This document shows positions 48,386-58,501 of a stretch of DNA of 58,501 nt, in pieces. Both the position numbers and the translations under genes were made by a program. Source of the stretch: Nemertoderma westbladi (lineage: Eukaryota; Animalia; Xenacoelomorpha); assembly GCA_032718475.1 (NCBI GenBank), contig JAUCBJ010002109.1, positions 1-58,501 on the forward strand. Direction: 5' to 3'. The notes under the pieces are model-generated. The model did not search any database, was not told where the DNA came from, and saw only the letters and a program-made list of their open reading frames with translations. Position 1 is the first letter of the stretch. The number at the start of each line of letters is the position of its first letter.

Positions 48386-50193
48386 TTTGTGCGGGCAAAT
48401 ATATATTAGGTTCTAAATGGAAAAAGTTATATCTATGTGTGATATTCCCCTTAGGGACTAGATTAAGGGGTAACGGGTATGTTGCTGTTCCCGTTCAGTG
48501 GCAGTTTAAACAGTAATCATTCCGGGGATTTTCTAAGTTGATTGTCAACAGTTCATTTAAGAATCAGAATGAATCAGTTCTATATTAGGGGTATTACCTG
48601 TTGTAGGAAGAAGACTGGTGATTTCTGAGAGGCTATCAGTTCTAGAATGGGCTTCTGCTAACGCCTCCTCGATGGGACCAAGGGAATCTGTTCCTCCGGT
48701 TACCTGGGTTTCAGGAACTGGACCAGTAGAGTCAACTTGAGGGCAGCGACGGCAACTAGAGAGTTTATTAGAATATAATAATTTGCACAACCGGCATTTA
48801 GGATTTGTAAGCTTTCTTCTTTTTGGGGGCATCTTGTAAAGTAGAATATATCGCCTATAACGGAATAATAACGGTATTTTATTTCATGGAGTGAAATTAA
48901 ATGAGATAACAAATAAGGAAATTATAGTTTTTCATTCATTAATTGAAAAAATAAAAAAGCCCTACCTTTTTACTAATTATATATAATAATATTATTAATA
49001 TAATTATTGGAATCATTGCGGAGTCAGCTGCTGGTAGTTTTTGATGTGGATGGGGGGGGGGGGGAGCATACTTTTGTTCTTCAATAGATTCAGCAGGTTG
49101 GCCAGATGCCTGTGGAAGTTGTGGAATCCAGTCACTAGGTTGCTCCTGTGTATATAATATAAGGTCATTGGTACCAGGTATGAATGATATTTTGTATACT
49201 CCGATCTGTATGCAGAGCTTTTGCTATAGAATTCTTATTTTCAAAAATATGAGCACCTGCTTCTAGCAGCATGGCTTCTTCCTGCAACATTGACATTGAA
49301 ACCACTGGAGTACCATAACACGTTAAATCATCTGTCAAAATAACTTATTGTATACAGTGATAGGCAGTCACAATGTATTTATCATGTGTATGTGTTCCTC
49401 CAGGTAAATATTGCCACTGCTCTAAGGCATATTGCAATGTTAATTTTTTTACATCAGCCACATTATAGTTATCATCAATCCCTAGTTCCCAGAGAAGGCC
49501 ACATTTTACCATGGATTCACGTATATTTGGAACAATAAAAATGTCATACTCTGTCTCAAAACGTCCCAAACTTAAAATTAAATTAATAATAAATTTGATT
49601 GGGTTCAAGTTGATTGGTTGCAATTTTTATAAACAAATCTGTCATAAAATTCAGGATCCTTTTCAATTTTGTCAAGCACTTTAATAAAAGTAATACAGTA
49701 TTGTATATAATTTAAATTTTGTGACTGAAACTCAACTGCAAATTTTCTAGCTGGTTCTAAAGCTGAAGGCCTGATTTTCATAATACAACCTTCTCCATTA
49801 ACCCAGTCAGATTTAAAAATGTCAGCATCCAGGTGATATTTTGGAGCAATAATCCCCACAAACCATACAAGATATTGATCTAGAGCATTTATAAATAAAA
49901 GCTCTGGTGGCTGCAGAACAAAGGATGATATGGGATCGATGGTAACTGTACTGTGGCATCTATCCATCATTAGCATTTCTTGCATTTGGGTGAACTGACG
50001 TTCATTTGGAAGATGAAGATTCCGACGTACCCTTACAGCTTCATTAAATTCACCATGAGCACCATCTTCAGGAAAAACTGCAACATTGCTGCTAGGTGCC
50101 TGACCAGTTTCTCCAGCAGTCTTCATAACACACATATCCCTTAAACTAGGGGTCTACGTCTAGTACAATTGATTGGCCCTAAATACTAGGTAT

Positions 50194-52296
50194 CTAAATG
50201 GATGGCACGTTATCATTAATCTGCGGTAGTAAATATTTGTTATACTGGTCTGCCAAGTACAGAACCATAGAGTTCTGAATTATACAGTCACTACATTTTG
50301 TTTCGGACTTCTCTCCTGGCAGTTGTACTACTACCCGCCCGTTTATGGTAGCACATCCCATGATGTAAATTCTCCTGAAATTTGCCAAAAACCCCTCTAG
50401 TTCATTATTGTTACAGATCGCAAGAAGAATGTTCTCTGCGTGAATCAATTTGGCAATCCCCTCTAGCCTAGCTAGAGTGCTTGGTAGGTACTCGGCCCAA
50501 TTGGTTATACCTTCAGACTCTACTATTAACTGCATCGCTAACTAATGTACGATGCTGGCAGTTTGGATTCGAATGCGTGACAAGCCTCGGTTATGTCGTA
50601 TCTTGACGGGCCACATCCCAAGTCTGTAACAAATGACTGATATGTCCGCTCTGACGCCGTCCTCTGGTTCTTTATAATGGAAAATCGTGCAATCGCGATA
50701 AATCTCCTTCGCCTTTATGGCGACTGAGCGGTCTACCATTTGGAATATAATGAGAGGCAGATTTGCAGAATCGCTTGTTAAATGTGCAGGGCGTTTTATT
50801 ACTGCCCCGTGTATCATTCGTGTACATTCTTTGTTTACTGTCTCTGTTGTAATTATCGGTAGGACCACAACCCCATCATTCTGGTTATACATATACGATG
50901 CCACTGGGCGTAGCATCGCCTCGTACATCCCTATAAATTCATCTCCAATGGTTGGACTGAATGTTGATAATACTTGCTCACTGATGTTAATAGCTTCATC
51001 ATCTACCTCGTTGTATGTTTTCCGTCCTATGGATGGCAGTGTCCCTTCTGGATTTGCATTACCTAAGTATGCTACGAATTCCTCGACTAATGGATCTACC
51101 TTTGCAGGCGGTATTACAAAGTTATGTAAAGTCATTCCCTCATCGAGGAACACTCTCTTTCTAGCCTCCTTTGCACGACCAACACCTAATAATTTCTTCT
51201 CAGCTTTTGATAACATGTCGTTTGACCTTCTAGGCTCTTTTACGTTATTTACCCAGTGGGGAAGACATCTCCTAATTGTATCCTCGAATTCATGATTTGT
51301 GTCTTGATTGGGCACTAAACGCGCTAGTAAATTCTCACATGCTTTGGAATTGGCAGTTTGGTCTTTCAGGGGTGCTTTTTTCATCCCCAATGGGAACATC
51401 GTCTTCCATCGCACCTTGCAACCTTCTTCTAAAGGTGTACCATCTGCATGTGTCAACAACTCGAAATGTTTACGAGGTGTATACATACTTTGCAATGCGA
51501 TATGAAGACACTCCTTTCTCAAGTCCATTCTCTTTGCCATGCATTTGGGTACTTCCCTATCTGGTCCCACGTCTCGCTGTTTAAACAATTTTACAACTTC
51601 TGTAGGCATTTCTAACACTTGAGGAGCCTCTTGGGTCCTGGCCACTACTCGTATTCTTTCACAATCGTGGTCGGATAGCTGGAGCCGTATTTTAATCAAA
51701 GCATCTTTAATATAGGACAACTGTTGGTTATTTAGACTGTCTACATCACAACAAATCACTTCTGGCTGGAAGAAATCCACAGCTAATATTGAGGTAATGT
51801 TACATACCCCTTTGACAGTTAGTGTCTCTACCTTCCTATCGTATGATCTATTGGAGTTTCCCACGTAAGATACTGCAACCTCAACAAGTTGGGGTTCTAT
51901 TTCCATCTGGGTTAAACTCTTATTCTGGTTGTATTCTGTGCCGTTTGTAATTATCCCCTTTTTGATGAGGTCGGGCATATAATTCTTTAATCTCTCCTCC
52001 CATTCGGGGGGGTGTGTATGTGTAATGTCGCCGTGTTGAGATGGAAGTACCTCTATCCAGACCCTCGAGCACCACATATTCATCAACCACACACTCCCCT
52101 TTATTAAAAAGCAGTCATGTATCTATCTGCGAGCAAATTATATAATGTATGCACCACATCCACTTTGATAGGGATTGCTGCTCCTCGTTTCCTCTAAACC
52201 ATCCAGATTGTGTGGTGTTGGGTATCAGTGTTAGTACATCAGCAGGAATAGTGCTGAGGAGTTTCGCCATTATTATAAGAACCTCTTGCTATTGCT
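50194..52296 (-). pseudogene. PA: Endogenous viral element: orthomyxovirus-like polymerase acidic subunit (PA), about 690 codons from ATG 52270 to stop 50194
   Basis: Cap-snatching endonuclease motifs CIHYIIC, VLEGLDR, MPDLI, VEVAVS, YDRK; C-terminal motifs VLPIIT..IHGAVIKRPAHLTSD and NELEGFLANFRR...DCIIQNSMVL; 5' end AGCAATAGCAAG. Two stops and one frameshift. Confidence 0.9.
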
Positions 52297-54229
52297 ATTA
52301 ATAAAAACAAGAACGTACGAATCTATCAATTTATTGTAACAAATACAATAAAAATAAGGCCCCCCAACACCCTGATGTGGTCCACCTTGAGCACCCTTAT
52401 CCAATTTTCTTAAAAACCCTCCTCGGTTTTCTAGTGGAACTGTAGGGATAAAAATGAATTCTATTCCTGCCACAGTAATTGGGAATTTTAAAGAATGCCA
52501 AATCATTTCTGGTAGGCCAATCAGCCGCCCAGTTTGTGCAACTCTCCCTTTTGTTTCCATTTCTACATTCTTAGATTTTATGTTTCCTTGAGAAGTAATT
52601 TTGGTATTATGCAGATCTAATACTTTAGTTTTCATTATATCTTTTTCTTGACCAGTTTTAATAATAATCTCTGCCTTTTCATCCTGACGAGCACTATATT
52701 TTGTACAATAGTCAACACAGCCACGACTATCAAGTCTTAATAAATTATCATTAGAACAAGTAGCAGCAAACAGCCGGGGGTTGCAGGGGGAAAATTTCTG
52801 ATTTGGAAGGCTATCATATGTATAGGTACCTGCTCTTAAGGGATCTAACATAATAGGCCCCTCACCATAGGGATCATATGGGTGTTCCATTGCAAGACCT
52901 ATAGCAAGATATACTTTGACAGCATCAGCACTATGCTTTAATGGAATTGGTTTATAATCCCAATAATTTGATGGTTCATAGTCATGGAAACGCAAAAGGT
53001 TTGATCAGTGCCCTTTTTAACTTTTTGGCAGCGGGATCCCGACTTATTACAATCATGAAATTGCCTATTAAAACATGAAGTAATAAATTTTAAATGATGA
53101 AGATCTTTTATAAGACCACACTTATAAAATTCAAAAGCTTCATCATTTGAAATCATAGACTTGGTACTACCACGAATTATTGACATTATAACTTTATCAT
53201 CAGTGTCATCTGTCCATATCAAACTATGAACATGGCATTGATTACCACGGTAACCTTGCCATTCACAGGTGCGCCATATCTCGGGCTTTGGCCCCAAAAC
53301 CTCTTCATGAGAATTTTCAATATAGTCAAAATGGTTTTCAATTTTACGCTGCCAAGCCCGGGTTAATGTAACCAATGCTGCATCAGTTACAGATTTTTTA
53401 AATTCGAGATGCGAAGGTTCATGTTCAAGATCTTTAAATTTTGTAAAATCATCAACTTGTTCAAAAATTGGCCATGTGTATCCATGCCTAGGGAATGTGT
53501 ATAAAAATATTTCGTTATCCCACGCCTTTTAATTAAAGCAGACAACACTTGAACATTTAACCTACTGCTAACCTAATCAAGAGGATTTCGAGTGGCTATC
53601 ACTGGTGTTGGTCGAATTGATGATTGAAAGGGTCCCAACCACGTTTCAAAATATATCGTGTATCAACATATTTTAATAGTACATTTAGCATCACATCAAA
53701 AGTAAATGATAAATAATTGGGGTCGGTGGCTGTTAATAAATCACCGCTTAAAATGCAGACAGGCAAATCGTCATGTAATGATGCAAACCCATGTGATTTA
53801 TTAAATTTATCAGAATTCTATAATGGGTGTGGCAATGCGCCTATAGCAGTGCCATCTTTCTCTAATCTGAAAAATAGTGATGGAAACAAGTTGGCTTCTG
53901 GATACATCAGTGGAACTGACTTTGTTGTATTTGTTGCAACTAAGTTTTGTAAAAATCGTTCTGCAATAGCACCACCAGTCAAAATTCTTCCTTTACGTTG
54001 CAACAAACCAATACCAGCATTAAGCAAAACATGTCCTGGTCCATAGTTGGAATCACCTTCAAACTGTATAAATCTGTTACTGCTTGCTGTTTGGGGGATT
54101 GCATAATGTCTGTCAACTATATCATCCTCTGGAAAGGGATCGAAAATTCCTGGATTCATCACATAGTCTAATTCATCAATGGTCTCTGGTCTCGTAAGAC
54201 CTTCGTCAACCAATTCAGAGTCAGGCATA

Positions 54230-54295
54230 CTAGGATCGGCATGCTGCATTGCAGCTGCATTTTAAGAATGCTGTGCCGGCTTGTCAACAAAAGGC
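54230..54295 (-). mobile_element. 66-bp 5'-truncated copy of the RTE LINE 3' end
   Basis: Matches about 20036-20100; 11-bp TSD AGTCAGGCATA at 54219-54229 and 54296-54306. Confidence 0.88.
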
Positions 54296-55117
54296 AGTCA
54301 GGCATATGTTCATCTGACTCTGTCCCATGAGACTATCGTCATCAGACTGTGAACCTAGTTCATTTTGAGCCTCAGCTGGTCCATCTAGATGCTGATTAAC
54401 CAAAATATTTTCAGCAGCTGTCCAATGCGTTTTGCATAAGGCTGCAGTACAATTTTGAACTGGACATCTTCTATGTGCTGATTTGAGTTTGCATAAAATA
54501 TTTCTTGTATTGGCACTGCATTTTATCCAGAAGCTAAAATATCTAGTTAAAGGATATTTATGCTCATGGCATTTTACAGTTGGCTTTCCACCCATATACT
54601 GAAAGTATTCCTCACTATAATTTTGTATACCCAAAACCTCAGTTTTTGAAAAAACAGCAATTGTCCAATTATTAAATATGTGCCGATTATGTACAGAATT
54701 CTCATCACTTCGCATGGGTTTAATAGTATTGGAAAACTCCCAAAATTTATTAGCGATATCTGTACCGTGACTTAACAAGACATTAACATTCCAACTTGTG
54801 CCTAGAGTTATTTCTTTGCTTGGTGGTGCATCAGATTTTATAGAAGTTGATATACCACGTTGACTGTTCCATAATATAAAAACAGCTTCATTTCCTGCTG
54901 GAAATAGAGATAGATTTCCAGTATTCCTCAACACTTAATATATTGCTTTGTACTAAAAATGTTGCATCTGGGCTGCGATTAGGTATTTCCTTTATACCAA
55001 CCTGTCCCAATTTGTCAAAAAGTAACGCAACCCTTTGTGTATCATTGATACAATGTCCACCATCAATGCTACCATTAAGAATTGATTTAAATTAAAATTG
55101 TGTCTTCTCATCTTTAA

Positions 55118-55185
55118 CCCTATTGGTACCGGGCTATAAAATGTTGTACAAATACCAGGGGGGGGGGGGGGGGGTCATATTGACT
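55118..55185 (+). mobile_element. Isolated left terminus of the piggyBac-like element
   Basis: TTAA-CCCTATTGGTACCGGGCTATAAAATGTTGTACAAATACC matches 20171-20232. Confidence 0.85.
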
Positions 55186-55379
55186 GTGGCTGGCTGGCGA
55201 CTTCGGTACTCTGACCACCATCGTGCGTCGACTCGTTTCTCCCTCGTGGTTGACGGCCGCCCTCCGCTTGGGCTACCGGATCGTCCCTCGTCGGCGAATC
55301 CAGCGTCGCTGGCCGATACCGTCTCGTCGCGGCCTCACTGACTGTTGACTGTGACGGGATCAGAGATCCCAACCGGGTA

Positions 55380-55995
55380 TTTGTAGTATGCGTCACCGTT
55401 CTGCTTTGGGATGGTGCTAACAGCTTGGCCGAGGCCGTTGGAGAAAACAATAAGAGTTTGGTGTTGTCTCTTGATGTTAGAAAATGATAGCACAATTAAT
55501 ACGGCAGAAATACAGATATAATAGATACCGGTATGATAGTGCCGATGATGGTCAATAATTGTTACTGGTCTGCACTAAACTGAATAACCAACTGATGTAC
55601 CAATCCAAGAATCTGACATAATATATGATTGATACACTAAATATTGCTTCACCTCCTACTCTACCTTGGCCTCCTACCCAATTGATGCTTTCCTGCTCCC
55701 TATCACATGCTTCCCTCCCCTCTATTGGCTACTATGCTATTTGTCACCTTGGCACTCTCAGGGAGTGTTTCCCCTCTGCTGCTAGCCTCTACTAGCTGTG
55801 TTCCCTCCAAGGTGGTTTGACCTCTAACCTTCCTTTCCATGTGGCGTCGGGGCTTGTGTTGCCCCCCCCCCCCCCCCCCCCAATGTTGGTTTTGATACAA
55901 GATTAATATTGGTAATCTCGTATCTCCAACATATTGCTAAAATGCCACTATCCCATTTTCTGGTGGGTAATGAAGTGGAATTGAATCCGCTTACA
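55380..55995 (-). repeat. LTR-like repeat, same family as 42336-43020
   Basis: Reverse complement starts TGTAAGCGGATTCAATTCC...ATTACCCACC.GAAAATGGGA. Confidence 0.6.
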
Positions 55996-56740
55996 ATAAT
56001 AATAACAAATGCATCATACAATGGTATTGATAATAATAAAATAACTGCAGAGGGACAGCGGGAAATTCAAATTCACATTAAAAATGTTATTCTGTATTAT
56101 ATAACAATGAGAAACTGGTTCTGCATGTAAAAAATCGTAATATGGTAATATGCCTACTGTATTGTAATATAGTAGTGACTCAATGCAATATTATGATAAT
56201 GTACTGTAGATAAATAATAAGTTAATTACAAAAAATATTTCTCGATATTTTAATTGAAGAAATGGGTATTTAGTCCTAATATTATTACTCCCGAATATAT
56301 ATAATATAGTTTTAATAATAGGAAATTGAAGATAATCATTTAATTTTCCAAAAGTTTTTCTTTAACGCTCGGGGACTATTGGATTCTGGAAAGGGAAGGA
56401 TTGAAGAATCAATTTATAAAAATTATACAAGTCATGTTTTACTAAATAATTTCGATAGGGCATGACCGACCGACTAACTGGATTAATATCCCGCATCAAT
56501 GTTAAGTTCTCAATGTAGGGAAAGGGGCAGGTTACTGTGGCACATTATTTTAACCAAAACAATAAACTAAACTCAATAGAACAGGTAACAGTTTTATTTT
56601 TGAGAGTATTCATCTGTTATTTGCGTCCAATTTACCCTGGAGAGGGATGAATTTCTATTGCGTCCAGTTTTCCTCCTTTATCTTAATACATATCGTAAAA
56701 TAACGATTATATACTGAATGTAATACTATAATTAACTAAA

Positions 56741-57048
56741 CTACTTCGTTCTTGAACTTACCCCTTCTAGTTGTAATTGCGGGATATTTATGTTGAATCC
56801 CGTGACTTCTTCTGAATGAAGAGATATCTCCTTTGGCGGACATACTGCCGTTGGTTCTATCACAATGGTACTAGGGCTGTTCGCTTCAACAAAGGGGATG
56901 ACTCCCTGGGATTTGTTCCCGCGGTAGGTCGGCTCCCAGATCTCCACTACCTTCCCGATACCAACATCGCGGGTAAAAAATCTATTGCTTTCGGCATTCC
57001 CATGGTTTATTACTGCGAACGTTTGCGCTGTCGACAAATCCCTAAAAC
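56741..57048 (-). other. Putative exon, paralogous to 43086-43415
   Basis: TTTTAG acceptor, then DLSTAQTFAVINHGNAES..F. Confidence 0.35.
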
Positions 57049-57729
57049 CATATAAATTAATTGAAGTGAAAGTTAAACATTAAAGACATAATAATAACGG
57101 AAATCAGTCAATGCGCTATATAGTATAAAATACAATTTTGTTCATAAACGAAAACATATAAAATATTTTGTTACCAAAACATACTGAACTCACACAAATG
57201 AACATAATTTAGTATATACACCCGGAAAAAAGCATACTTTTAATTAAAAACATTTACCGATAAGAGCATTTTGAAATCCGACTCAAGCATAATTTCCTAA
57301 AACTGTCTGTTGGACGTCCTGTTAGTTTACATACATTTAAATCAATAACAATTATTATATGGAATGAAATACTTCATTAAATACAGTATATCATCATATT
57401 ATATCCCAAATTTGGCTTTTTGGAATATCCTCCCTCCTTGGTGGTTTTAGTGTTAAATCTCTTCGCCGGTGTTACTATGTGCATGATCCTTGCTTCGAGG
57501 AACCTTCCCTCCATCGCTCCATCAACGTCCTCCACTGAGTCAGAGTGCGCAGATCGACGATCTACCTATGAGCAGCCATTCTCTGAAACGTACTATTCGT
57601 AATAAAACGTAATATTAAAAACATTATCAAAGTTTTATCATACGATTACTGTTGTCACGTAACTTGTGTTTTGGCATGGTCACTGTTCAGCCCTGATTTT
57701 TTATTATGCTACATCAAAATTATCTAAAC

Positions 57730-57879
57730 GTTCTAAAAATTTTGTCTACTAAACAGTGTTTAGTAGACAAAATTTTTAGAACTTACTAATTCTTAAATTT
57801 AAAACTTAAATTTAATTTTTTTTTGAATTTTTGTATGTGTGTTTAGTAAACACACATACAAAAATTCAAAAAAAAATTA
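57730..57879. repeat. Two adjacent perfect palindromes (26-bp and ~33-bp arms, 1-nt G centres)
   Basis: 57730-57782 (...ACTAAACA-G-TGTTTAGT...); 57812-57879 (...GTGTTTA-G-TAAACAC...). Confidence 0.93.
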
Positions 57880-58501
57880 CCAAGCCATTGCTGAGATATA
57901 AGCGTCCAAAGATTAGACCGACCGACAGACAACATGATGATTTATGACATTGATCTGTAGGTCCTATTAATAATGTAGTGTACAGATACAGTATTTCTAT
58001 ATTTCTCTACATTACTTCTCATTGGTTCCAAAATTTCTGCTTGATTCCGATCTCCATACTGTAGTATGGGGGGAGGGGGGGAGGGGGGCAACCACTATTA
58101 TTTATGATAATTTTGAACATTTTTGTTATGTTAAAATGTTAAAATATAAGAAGTAATCTTGGACAAAATCTATCTTCTTGTCTAAACTTGAAATCTACGG
58201 CCGTAATCATTGCTGATATTTGATCATGAAATTTAAGATGAAATCTAATTCAAAATAAAGGACACTATTGTAAGTGACTTACACTTAGGTAGATACTATA
58301 AAGAAGTTAATACTGAACACTGGAATTAAACTGAAAATGAAATCTAAAACCGAAATTACTGAAATTAGGAAACTGAAACTTTAGGATTTACTCGAACTTC
58401 CTGTAGGGACGACTCTAAATTAATAATTCGGCATCCGATACTAATAACTGGTAAATATCCGGTTGTAATTGTCCTGCAGCAATGGGAAGAAATACCTCAT
58501 C

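Larger units (their letters stand above)
49090..54950 (-). mobile_element. Decayed Helitron-like Rep (HUH) coding region, interrupted by the viral PA insert and a mini-LINE
   Basis: YPEANLFPSLF; motif 1-like YFYTHS; motif 2 WRTCEWQGYRGNQCHVHSLIW; motif 3 YCTKY; RLIGLPEMIWHSLKFP..EFIFIPT. No helicase seen. Confidence 0.72.

Noticed and set aside
50542-52092. 516-aa ORF as Helitron helicase or host gene
   Set aside because: No Walker A/B motifs; motifs match orthomyxovirus PA. Its listed N-terminus is out of frame with the true start at 52270.

Overview
Eukaryotic (probably invertebrate) repeat-dense window with no clearly intact host gene. Left to right it holds: a 38-bp satellite array (1-2540); a young, full-length 15.8-kb BEL/Pao LTR retrotransposon (2750-18572, minus strand, near-identical 1.2-kb LTRs, GGTGC target-site duplication (TSD)); an RTE LINE split by a TTAA-specific piggyBac-like element; CRE-type REL fragments; a Mutator-like/Kolobok-type transposase; a CR1/L2 LINE fused to a BEL RNase H fragment; Helitron and Penelope fragments; nested MITEs; a 27-bp minisatellite; and a decayed Helitron-like Rep region. 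Three observations stand out. (1) A near-complete endogenized orthomyxovirus-like polymerase PA segment (about 50194-52296) lies inside the Helitron-like Rep region and retains an AGCAATAGCAAG segment-terminus-like 5' end. (2) The BEL/Pao element has no tRNA primer-binding site; the 12 nt in that position are perfectly complementary to a site in its own LTR, a candidate for Tf1-style self-priming. It also has an extra upstream ORF separated from gag-pol by one in-frame stop. (3) Two pairs of perfect 26-33-bp-arm palindromes with 1-nt loops lie about 10 kb apart. All family calls come from motif recognition by eye; no searches were run.
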